The notes under the pieces: generated by a model
Told to the model about the DNA's origin: nothing
Seen by the model: only the letters and a program-made list of their open reading frames with translations
Database searches by the model: none
Source: Candidatus Multivoradales bacterium
GTDB lineage: Bacteria; Acidobacteriota; Thermoanaerobaculia; Multivoradales; Multivoraceae
NCBI GenBank assembly: GCA_965223325.1
Contig: CBDCWI010000002.1
Span: forward strand, 1,184,001-1,248,000
Length of the DNA: 64,000 bases
Direction of reading: 5' to 3'
Shown here: one piece after another, positions 48,665 through 57,171 of the stretch
How positions within the stretch are numbered: position 1 is the stretch's first letter
How the letters are laid out: each line of letters starts with the position of its first letter
Position numbers and translations under genes: made by a program

Positions 48665-49222
48665 CTAGCCGTCACCGGATAGTTCGAGGATCTGTACCGC
48701 TTCATTGTCGTCGGTGCCTTCGTAGGAGACTTTGATCACCTCGCTGTCGGAGGTGCGCACGTACTCGCCGACGTAGTCGGCCTGGATGGGCAGCTCCCGG
48801 TGGCCCCGATCGACCAGGACTGCCAGTTGCACCGCCTGCGGGCGACCGAAGTCCATCAGCGCATCGAGGGCGGCACGCACCGTGCGACCGGTGTAGAGCA
48901 CATCGTCACAAAGCACCACCCAGCAGCCGTCGAGTGAATCTGGCAGGTTGCTTTCTTTCACCACCGGTTGTGGCGCCACCAGCGACAGATCGTCGCGGTA
49001 GAGGGTGATATCGAGAGTACCGAGTGGCACCTCGATCTCTTCGAGCCGCTCCGCCTCGCGCTTCAGGGCCTCCGCCAACGGCACGCCGCGCGTACGAATG
49101 CCGACCAACAAGAGGCTGTCGACGCCCGCCGTCTTCTCGAGGATCTCACCGGCCATACGCCGTGTCACGCGGGCCATCTGGTCCTTGTCGAGAATGGTTG
49201 CCTTGTGGAGCAGGTCCGCCAT
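48665..49222 (-). CDS. pyrR: Bifunctional pyr regulator / uracil phosphoribosyltransferase
   Basis: [40 protein letters not shown]. Confidence 0.96.
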   Translation of the reverse strand: MADLLHKATILDKDQMARVTRRMAGEILEKTAGVDSLLLVGIRTRGVPLAEALKREAERLEEIEVPLGTLDITLYRDDLSLVAPQPVVKESNLPDSLDGCWVVLCDDVLYTGRTVRAALDALMDFGRPQAVQLAVLVDRGHRELPIQADYVGEYVRTSDSEVIKVSYEGTDDNEAVQILELSGDG

Positions 49223-49483
49223 CGCGAGTTCTCCGCTTGTCGTGTCCAGGGCCGGAATGCTTCTCTAGGCTTTCTACTTCGAGAGCTCTGAGGAGGGGGC
49301 GCGGGCATCATAGCCCCGCTTCCCGACCGCGTCACCCCACGGATCTCCGCCGTGACGAGAAGGACCTTCAGGCTGTCTCTCGACCCGCAGGGCGCAGCTT
49401 CCGTATGATCGGACGACCCGGCCGCAATCGTGGCTGACCCACTGCCGACCCACCCCTGGATCCCCGCCGCAGAGATTCCTTCG

Positions 49484-50068
49484 ATGTCAAAACGAGATCC
49501 GTCTCCGCCCCGTTCCGAAGACCAGGCTCCGACCTCCGCCAGTCAGCCAGCCGGTCGCTCGGCACGTAACCGTCAGATCCGCTTCCTGGTGATCTTCATC
49601 CTGGTGCTCGGAATCGGATTCACGCTGATCTCGCTCCCGGCGATCAACGACTCGCTGGTGGTGCCCTTCACCGCCGGAATCGCCAAGGTGTCGGCCGGCG
49701 TCCTCGACGTCATCGGGCAAGACGTCACCCTCGACGGCGTGCAGATTCGCAACCAGGCCTTCGCGGTCGAGATTCTCAACGGCTGCAACGGCATCGAAGC
49801 CATGACGATCTTCCTCGCCGCGGTGCTCGCCTACCCCGCCTCCTGGAAATCGAAGGCGATCGGGCTGGTCGGCGGCATGATCGCGATTCAGATCGTCAAC
49901 CTGATTCGAGTGGTGGCGCTTTTCCTGACCGGGGTGTACTGGCCCTCGTTCTTCCACTCATCGCATACCGTCATCTGGCAGACGGTCGTTATTGCTGCCG
50001 CGGTGCTCTTGTGGATCTTCTGGGCGGACCGGCTGGCGGGACCCACCGCCACTCCAGAAGCGGCCTAG
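49484..50068 (+). CDS. xrtH: Exosortase H-like cysteine transpeptidase
   Basis: FAVEI.NGCNGIEA (Cys), NLIRVV.LF (Arg), FHSSH..IWQ (His). Start could be 49430. Confidence 0.8.
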   Translation: MSKRDPSPPRSEDQAPTSASQPAGRSARNRQIRFLVIFILVLGIGFTLISLPAINDSLVVPFTAGIAKVSAGVLDVIGQDVTLDGVQIRNQAFAVEILNGCNGIEAMTIFLAAVLAYPASWKSKAIGLVGGMIAIQIVNLIRVVALFLTGVYWPSFFHSSHTVIWQTVVIAAAVLLWIFWADRLAGPTATPEAA

Positions 50069-50084
50069 AGGTCCGGGCTCCCGC

Positions 50085-50720
50085 ATGGCCGCTGGTCAAT
50101 CGAAACCGGCCCCGTCCCGGAAGTCCCCGGCTGAGTCTGCGCCTCCGGCGACGCTCGACTACCGGCGCTTCCTCTTGCGCTTTTTCGCATTCCTGGTGCC
50201 GGTGATCGTTGTCTGGGTGGCGCTGACACCGGTCTACAACCGCTTCTTGACCCTCGCCACCGAGAATCTCGTCCAGCTGATCGAGAGCCCGGACTACACC
50301 TCCCTCGAACACGTCGAGCGGCACTACTTCCTGATTCAGCACGAGCGCGTTCGTGGAACCGCCAGGGCCGGGTCGGTGTCGTCGGTGCGCATCACCGACA
50401 CTCACTTTCCGTTGCTCTATCTCGCAGCCTTGTTTCTGGCGGTCCCTGGCATCCATCTCAGGAGCCGGCTCGAGCGCCTGGGCCAGGCGCTTCTGGTGAT
50501 GGTCTTCTTCCATCTGCTCGCCCTGGTCTTTCAGGTCCAGTTCGTTCTCGCCCTCCAGGCTGGCGACTGGAGTGCCGAACATTACAGTTCGTTCAGTCGC
50601 AACGCCTGGGCGCTGGGTAAGCATCTCCTCGACCTGCCGTTCAAGTTTGCGATGCCGCTCATTCTGTGGTGCGCCTTCTTCTTCGATCAGCTCCCCGGCG
50701 GGCAGTCCGCCCGCGCTTGA
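50085..50720 (+). CDS. Exosortase H-associated membrane protein
   Basis: Four hydrophobic segments, directly downstream of and co-oriented with xrtH. Confidence 0.65.
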   Translation: MAAGQSKPAPSRKSPAESAPPATLDYRRFLLRFFAFLVPVIVVWVALTPVYNRFLTLATENLVQLIESPDYTSLEHVERHYFLIQHERVRGTARAGSVSSVRITDTHFPLLYLAALFLAVPGIHLRSRLERLGQALLVMVFFHLLALVFQVQFVLALQAGDWSAEHYSSFSRNAWALGKHLLDLPFKFAMPLILWCAFFFDQLPGGQSARA

Positions 50721-50759
50721 TCGCCTGAGGATCGACCAGGCGGGGTTCCCAGAGCGGCG

Positions 50760-50845
50760 TTTTCCACAACGTCTATTCGGTCTAAGTGATGGATCTACCA
50801 CAACCTATTGTGGTTTCGGGGTTCAGAGGCCCCAACCCCTTGTGG
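50760..50845. promoter_or_regulatory. DnaA box plus tandem NrdR-like boxes upstream of smc
   Basis: TTTTCCACA (50760-50768) fits TTWTNCACA; CCACAACCTATTGTGG (50798-50813) and CCCCAACCCCTTGTGG (50830-50845) are 32 bp apart. Confidence 0.6.
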
Positions 50846-50968
50846 TCTTTGGAACGGCGTTGTTATCCTGCGCGGAAGATATGTGCCTCTATCCATGAGC
50901 CCCGGCCCTGCGGCCCGTCTGCGGTTGCAGCTCTGGCGCCTGGTCACCCTAAAGGGAGCCCCTACTCC

Positions 50969-53900
50969 GTGCTCAAGCTCGATCGCCTAGAAATCAGCGG
51001 TTTCAAATCTTTTGTCGATCCGGTGGCGACCGCGTTCGCCGACGGCATCACCTGCATCGTCGGACCGAACGGCTGCGGCAAGTCGAACCTCTCCGAGGCG
51101 ATCACCTGGGTCCTCGGTGAACAAAGCGCCAAGTCCCTGCGTGGCGGTCGCATGGAAGATGTCATCTTCAGCGGCACCGACCAGCGCAAGGCGCTCGGCA
51201 TGGCGGAAGTGAACATGTCGTTTCGCACCGAACCCGGGCACCCGCACGCCGATGACGACGGTCGCATCACCATCGGTCGCCGAGTCTTCCGTTCGGGTGA
51301 AGGCCAGTACCGCCTGAACGACCAGATGGTGCGGCTCAAGGACATCAAGGACGTGCTGATGGACACCGGCCTGGGCGTGCGCGCCTACGCGGTGATCGAA
51401 CAGGGCCGCATCGGCCAGATTCTTTCCGGCAAACCACAGGATCGTCGCAGGCTGATCGAGGAGGCCGCCGGCATCACCCGCTACCGCCAGCGCAAGCGGG
51501 TAGCGGAGCTTAAGCTCCAAGAAGCCTCGGCCAACCTGCTGCGCCTCGACGACATTCTCTCCGAAGTCGAGCGCGCCCTGCGGTCGCTCAAGCGGCAGGC
51601 GAACTCGGCGCGTCGCTACCAGGAGCGCGAACGGGAGTTCCGCCAACTGCTCGAGCGCTTCCTGGTCGCACGCTGGGCGGTCCTCGAGAACGAGCTCACC
51701 GTCCTCAAGCGGGATCTCAGCGAGCGCACAGCGGCCGATGCCGAGCTCGGCCGAGAACTCAACCAGACTCAGCAGGCAGCCAGCGAGGCATTGGACGAGC
51801 TCGACTCACTCGGCAAAGAGCTCGCCAAGCGTCACGAGCGGCAGACTGAGCTCGCCGGTCGCATCGAGGGTCGCCAGGAGTTCGTCAAAGCGACGCGTCA
51901 GACGCTCACCGACATCGATGAGCGTCTGCACTCGGGTACCGCACTGGCCGGCCAGCGCGAACGCGAAATCGAAGCCGCCAGGCAAAGCCTCGGAGCGCTG
52001 TCGTCGCGCGGCGAAGCGCTGGCCTCTGAACGCGACCAGGCGCGCGACGCGGTCCTTCAGGACCAGCGCCGCATCGAGCTCGCCGACGAGCACGCGCGGA
52101 CTACCGCGGCCGAGCTCGAAGATATGCGCGGCCGCCTGATGGCCGCGATGAACCGTGTTTCGGGCCTCCAGAATCGAATGCACCAGCAGCAACTCGAAGC
52201 CGAGAAGGGCACCTACCGCCACGATCATCTGCGGACCGAGCTCGCCGAGCGTCGTGCGCTCTTGGCGAAGGCCCGCGAAACCGCGGAGGCTGCCGAACAC
52301 AAGGTGTCGACCCTCGGCGAGCAAGAGGCGGCACTGGTTGCGCGTCGCAAAGAAGTCGAAGAGAACCTGCAAACGGTCCTCACTCGCGAGGCAGAGACCC
52401 AACGCAACCTCGAAGAGGCGCAAGACCGGCTATCGGTGATGCGTAACCGCCGCACCGTGCTCGAAGAGCTCGAGCGAGCCCAGGTCGAGCGCCGCGCCAA
52501 GATCAAGGAGACGCTCGACGCACAGGGGTTCTCACACCTTCAGTTCCTCGACCAGGTGGTCACGGTGCCGTCGGGCTGGGAGGCGGCACTCGACCTCTGG
52601 TTGGGCCAGCTGCGCGACGCCCTTCTGGTTCCTGGCGATGAGGACGTGATGGCGCTGGCAGAGGCGCTCACGGAGTCGGACTCGAGCGCCACTCTGTTGC
52701 GCGAGACGTCACCGGGTGATCGTTGGTCGGCCGATCTGCCGCGCGATCCGGCGATCAGGAGCAGTCTCGGTGAGGCCCTCGGCCTTCCGCGAGGCTTTGC
52801 CGACTCGCTGCCCCCGGCCTTCCTGGTCGAGGACCGCGACGATGCCGATCGGCTGGCGCGAACTTTCCCTGCGGTTGCCTTCATCAGCCGTGACCGCCTT
52901 TGGGCTCAGAACGGCGTCCTGCATTTGCAGGGACAGCGTGCCGCACCGGGAACGTTGACCCGTCAGCGGGAGCTCACCGATATTCACCAGGGCCTCCCCA
53001 CTCTCGAGGAGCACATCGCAGCCACCAAGACCGAGCGCACTCGATTGGTCGAGGAGCGCACGGCCGCGGCAGCCAATGCTCACCGCCTCGATCAGGAGAT
53101 CGCAGCCTGCCGGCAGGAGTTGGCGGTCGCCGAAGCGCGCAAGCAGGACACGCTCCATCGCCAGCAGCGGGCCGAGGTGGACTGTGACGAGCTCGGCAAC
53201 CAGGAAGGTGAACTGGTTCGCGAGCTCGAGCGGCTCGAAGCGGCGCGCTCGCGTCTGGTCGACGAGCTCACCACCGCTCAGGAGGAACATGCAGCACTCG
53301 AGCAGCACTTCGACCGAGCACAGGCGGTAGCCGACGAGGCACGGGCAGCGCGCGCCGCTCTTGAAACCGAGGGAGCGGGTCGTCGCGGGCGGCTAGAACT
53401 CCTGCAGGAGCGAGTGAGCTCCCACGGCAGCGAGCGCACCCGGCTCGAGGAGCAGATCAAGGGCCTGACCGCAACGCTCGCGGGCTGGCTGAGCGACCGC
53501 GCGATGCTCACCGAGCGCAAGACTTCGCTCCGCACTCAGCTGGAGGCGGCTCAGCTGGAACTGCAAGAAGCGCTCGAGGATCGCTCGGGAGCTGACCAGG
53601 AGCTGGTCGAGAGTCAGCAGGCTCTCGACGACAAGCGGGCCGAGCTTCAGGAAACCGAGAAGCGTCTCAAGGAGATGCGCGAGCGCCGCGAACTCGGGCG
53701 CGAGCAGATCGAGGAGCTGCGGGTGGTCCAGGCGGAGCGCCTTACCGAAGGAGAGCATCTCCAGGACTCGTTCCGGGAGTCTTTTGGGCGCTCGTTGCCG
53801 ATGGAGCCGGAGTTGGAAGAAGAGCTGCGCGAAGAGGCGGCGATGTCTGCCCTCGAAGATCGAGTCTCCGAGCTCAAGCGCGCGCTCGAGAAGATGGGGC

Positions 53901-54517
53901 CGGTGAATGTGCTGGCTGCACACGAGTACGCCGAGCAGGAGGAGCGCTTCGAGTTCTTGAGTGAGCAACGTCAGGACGTGGTGTCTTCGATCACCAGCCT
54001 GCGCAACACGATCAAGGAGCTGAACGACACGTCGACGAAGCGTTTTCTGGAGACGTTCGGCGTCGTCAATGAGGCGTTTGGCCGCATGTTCGTGGACTTG
54101 TTCCAGGGCGGCGAAGCGTTGATGCGCCTGATGGACGAAGACGAACCGCTCGAGTGCGGCATCGAGATCACCGCGCGCCCACCGGGGAAGCGCCCCCAGA
54201 ACATCAATCTGCTCTCTGGTGGCGAGAAGGCGTTGACTGCGATAGCGCTCTTGTTCGCCCTCTTTCAGACGCGCCCGTCACCGTTTTGCATTCTCGACGA
54301 GGTCGACGCGCCGCTCGATGACGCGAACATCCTGCGCTTCGTCAAGACGTTGCGCAAGATGGCCGAGGACACGCAGTTCTTGGTGATCTCGCACAACAAG
54401 CTGACGATGGAAGCGGCGAGTTCGTTGTATGGCGTGACGATGGAAGAGAAGGGCGTTTCGAAGTTGGTGGGCGTAGAGGTCGACAAGATCCACCCCGAAA
54501 AGGCACTCGCCTCGTAG
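50969..54517 (+). CDS. smc: Chromosome segregation protein SMC
   Basis: GFKSF, GPNGCGKSN, SAKSLRG..MEDVIF.G, EEAAG, long coiled coils, G.VN..A, LSGGEK, LDEVDAPLD. GTG start at 50969. Confidence 0.96.
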   Translation: MLKLDRLEISGFKSFVDPVATAFADGITCIVGPNGCGKSNLSEAITWVLGEQSAKSLRGGRMEDVIFSGTDQRKALGMAEVNMSFRTEPGHPHADDDGRITIGRRVFRSGEGQYRLNDQMVRLKDIKDVLMDTGLGVRAYAVIEQGRIGQILSGKPQDRRRLIEEAAGITRYRQRKRVAELKLQEASANLLRLDDILSEVERALRSLKRQANSARRYQEREREFRQLLERFLVARWAVLENELTVLKRDLSERTAADAELGRELNQTQQAASEALDELDSLGKELAKRHERQTELAGRIEGRQEFVKATRQTLTDIDERLHSGTALAGQREREIEAARQSLGALSSRGEALASERDQARDAVLQDQRRIELADEHARTTAAELEDMRGRLMAAMNRVSGLQNRMHQQQLEAEKGTYRHDHLRTELAERRALLAKARETAEAAEHKVSTLGEQEAALVARRKEVEENLQTVLTREAETQRNLEEAQDRLSVMRNRRTVLEELERAQVERRAKIKETLDAQGFSHLQFLDQVVTVPSGWEAALDLWLGQLRDALLVPGDEDVMALAEALTESDSSATLLRETSPGDRWSADLPRDPAIRSSLGEALGLPRGFADSLPPAFLVEDRDDADRLARTFPAVAFISRDRLWAQNGVLHLQGQRAAPGTLTRQRELTDIHQGLPTLEEHIAATKTERTRLVEERTAAAANAHRLDQEIAACRQELAVAEARKQDTLHRQQRAEVDCDELGNQEGELVRELERLEAARSRLVDELTTAQEEHAALEQHFDRAQAVADEARAARAALETEGAGRRGRLELLQERVSSHGSERTRLEEQIKGLTATLAGWLSDRAMLTERKTSLRTQLEAAQLELQEALEDRSGADQELVESQQALDDKRAELQETEKRLKEMRERRELGREQIEELRVVQAERLTEGEHLQDSFRESFGRSLPMEPELEEELREEAAMSALEDRVSELKRALEKMGPVNVLAAHEYAEQEERFEFLSEQRQDVVSSITSLRNTIKELNDTSTKRFLETFGVVNEAFGRMFVDLFQGGEALMRLMDEDEPLECGIEITARPPGKRPQNINLLSGGEKALTAIALLFALFQTRPSPFCILDEVDAPLDDANILRFVKTLRKMAEDTQFLVISHNKLTMEAASSLYGVTMEEKGVSKLVGVEVDKIHPEKALAS

Positions 54518-54596
54518 CGGGGCTCAACCTCCGTCCTTGCCGCTTTCGTTGGTGGTTGGTTTGTGGTGGTTGGTTTAGGGTGGGGTGTTGGGTGGT

Positions 54597-54781
54597 GCCG
54601 CGGCGGAGAACGCGTGGGGCGACGATCCTGGGCACGGCGGCGCTTGTTCGGACTTCGAGGGGTAGCGCCGCCTTCGCTCGACGGCCGCCTGTCGTTTGCC
54701 GCCTGCGATGGATTTGCCATTGCGGCCGTCGAGAGAGCCCTGGATCGTCGCCCCACGCGCCCTCCCCCGCTACCGCGGTAC
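54597..54781. repeat. Branched palindromic intergenic element (REP/MITE-like)
   Basis: 23-bp IR 54611-54633 / 54737-54759 (1 mismatch) enclosing hairpins 54636-54672 and 54677-54733. Confidence 0.75.
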
Positions 54782-54953
54782 ACATGCGCACCCGGCAGCC
54801 AGCGGCATCTAGATGGACGGGGGGTTCGCTTAGGGCGGGGGACCGTGGTGACTGGCACCGCCGGGGTTGGTCTACCCGTCGCTGTGGGAACTGTGGGAAA
54901 CGCGGAGCGTTTTCCAAGCCCTGGGGAATCGCGCGGTCTCGATCCCTTTCCTA

Positions 54954-55871
54954 TCAGGTGGCTGAGGTTGTGGCGCGCCTGCTGCCCAGGACCTGGAGTG
55001 GGGTTGTTTCTACTTCGACGGTTACCGGCAGGGGCAGGCCGGGGTCGCCGTCGATCTGGGTGATTTCGCCGGCGCCTGGATTGATGTTCTCGATCTCTGC
55101 TTGTTGGGCGGTGACGACCCGGATTCTTGGCGATCGGTGGAGGCGACCAGTGGCGAGGTTCGTTAGGTCGCGGGCGAGGTCCCAGAGGTTTTTCCCCTGG
55201 AAGAGGACGAGCCATAGTTGCGGCGCCGAGACGTTGGCTTCGTGGGCGAGGACGAAGCTGCCGCCGTAGAGGCGCGCTTTGGTTACGACGAGAGAGGTGG
55301 CGTGGTGGGTTTGCTCGCCCACGGTGACGCTGTAGCTGTGCTTCCCGAAGTGGAGGGCGTGACGCAGGCCTGAAACGGCGTAGGCGATGCGTCCTACGCG
55401 TTTCTTGAAAGCCAGGTCGACTCCTCCGACGACCCAGGCGTCGAAACCACAGCCGACCATGAGAACGAACCGGCGGCCGTTGACGGTGGCGGGATAGATG
55501 GGCATCGCGGGGCCGGTGGTGAGGGCCTCGGCGAGTCGCTGGGGGTCTTTGTGAAGTCTCAGTTCGCGGGCAAAGACGTTGGTCGTACCGATGGGGAGGA
55601 CGCCCAGAGCGACGCCTGGGTGAGGGACGAGGCCGTTGGTGACTTCGTTGATCGTGCCGTCGCCGCCCGCCGCGACCACAACGTCCCAGGGGGCAATGCT
55701 TCGCTCCTCTGCGACCTGGCGTAGGAAGTGGCACGCATCGTCGGGACCCTTCGTGCCATAGATTTCAACACTGGCTCCACGGGCCCGGAGTGCTTCGGCC
55801 AGCGCTTCCACGATCCCGCGACGACGGCGGCCAGAGGTGGGGTTGTGGAGGATGAGGAGAGACTTAGGCAC
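54954..55871 (-). CDS. Diacylglycerol/lipid kinase family (YegS/DAGK-like)
   Basis: HNPTSG, AAGGDGTINEV.NG, LPIGTTNVFA, GCGFDA, QIDGD. Confidence 0.92.
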   Translation of the reverse strand: MPKSLLILHNPTSGRRRRGIVEALAEALRARGASVEIYGTKGPDDACHFLRQVAEERSIAPWDVVVAAGGDGTINEVTNGLVPHPGVALGVLPIGTTNVFARELRLHKDPQRLAEALTTGPAMPIYPATVNGRRFVLMVGCGFDAWVVGGVDLAFKKRVGRIAYAVSGLRHALHFGKHSYSVTVGEQTHHATSLVVTKARLYGGSFVLAHEANVSAPQLWLVLFQGKNLWDLARDLTNLATGRLHRSPRIRVVTAQQAEIENINPGAGEITQIDGDPGLPLPVTVEVETTPLQVLGSRRATTSAT

Positions 55872-56004
55872 TGTTGTGAAGGAGCTGCTTGGAGGATTGT
55901 GGCTTCTTTGGGCCGTTGAGATCTTCCATACTTCCAGAGATCGACTACCGAGATGTTTGACGCGCGAGAGCCTTGGGCTCTCTTGACTCCCTGGCCCACC
56001 CATC

Positions 56005-57171
56005 ATGACGTCTCCACAAAAACCGCGACGCATCTTGCTCGCGATCACCTCGAGCGGTACCGGCGGCGCAGAGAGCTGGCTGCGCGACCTGGCGCTGGGC
56101 CTCGACCGGCAGCGGATCGAGCCACATGTCTTGTCCCTGCGGCCGCTCGGCGATGCGGGTCATCGTATTCGAGAGGCCGGCGTTCCGACCCAGAGTTTCG
56201 ACATGGACGAGGGTCCCCTGCCGGGTGAGATGTTGCGCGCCCGGGCAAGATTGGCGGGGCTGATCGAGCGCTTCGAGATCGAACTCGTGCATGCGGTGCT
56301 CTACCGCGCTTGTCTGTTGACTGCGATCGCCAGCACCGGTCCCGAGACTCTTCTGGTTCGTGGGCAGCATGCCATGGGTGCGATGAGTGGCCGCCTTCCG
56401 GAGAGGATCCTGCAGGTTGTCGAGCGCCGCTTTCATCACAACATTGCAGTCTCGGCGGCCATCAAGAGACATCTGATCGACAGCGACGGTGTTCCGCCAG
56501 ATGAGATCTCAGTCATTCACAATGGAGTCGACACGCAGCGCTTTGCACCCAGCGAGACCCGCTGGCGCTCCGGCCGCCAACGCTTTGGCTTGCCTTTCGA
56601 TGAACCGGTGGTCGGTTTTGTCGGCAGGCTGCAACGGAAGAAACGAGTCGGTGCCTTGATCGCGGCTTGTCGAGTAGCGGCGGACACCACTCCGTTTCAT
56701 CTCGCGCTCGGCGGTGATGGCAACCAGCGCGACTTCCTGCGCGAGGAGGCGGAGCGACTGGGGATTACCGATCGGGTTCACTTCCTCGGCCCGCTGCAAG
56801 ACCCGGAAGCGCTTCTTGCCTCGATCGATGTGTTTGCCCTGGCTTCTAAAGTCGAGGGCATGCCGATGGCGGCTCTCGAGGCGATGGCGAGCGGGGTTCC
56901 GAGTGTCGCTACTGCGGTCGGTGGGGTGCCGGAACTTCTGTCGGCCAAGGGCGAGAGAGAAGCGTCCGGAGTCCTGGTCGACGGCGCCGCCGAGGGTCTT
57001 GCCCAGCGACTGGCGGCGGCGATCACGGCGCTTCTCGAGAACCCCGAGGAGCGTCAGCGCATGGGGGCAGTCGCCCGCCAGCGAGCCGAGTGCGAACTGT
57101 CCGTGCGCGCGATGATCGAGGCGCATACGCGGCTGTACCTCGAACTCATCGAGGGTTCTAAGCGCGAATGA
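56005..57171 (+). CDS. GT4 (GT-B) glycosyltransferase
   Basis: GGAE, VIHNGVD..RF, VGRL..KK, EGMPMAALEAMASG. Confidence 0.92.
   Translation: MTSPQKPRRILLAITSSGTGGAESWLRDLALGLDRQRIEPHVLSLRPLGDAGHRIREAGVPTQSFDMDEGPLPGEMLRARARLAGLIERFEIELVHAVLYRACLLTAIASTGPETLLVRGQHAMGAMSGRLPERILQVVERRFHHNIAVSAAIKRHLIDSDGVPPDEISVIHNGVDTQRFAPSETRWRSGRQRFGLPFDEPVVGFVGRLQRKKRVGALIAACRVAADTTPFHLALGGDGNQRDFLREEAERLGITDRVHFLGPLQDPEALLASIDVFALASKVEGMPMAALEAMASGVPSVATAVGGVPELLSAKGEREASGVLVDGAAEGLAQRLAAAITALLENPEERQRMGAVARQRAECELSVRAMIEAHTRLYLELIEGSKRE

Noticed and set aside
49223-49430. PyrR-binding attenuator leader
   Set aside because: No ARUCCNGNGAGGYU loop or terminator/antiterminator visible upstream of pyrR.
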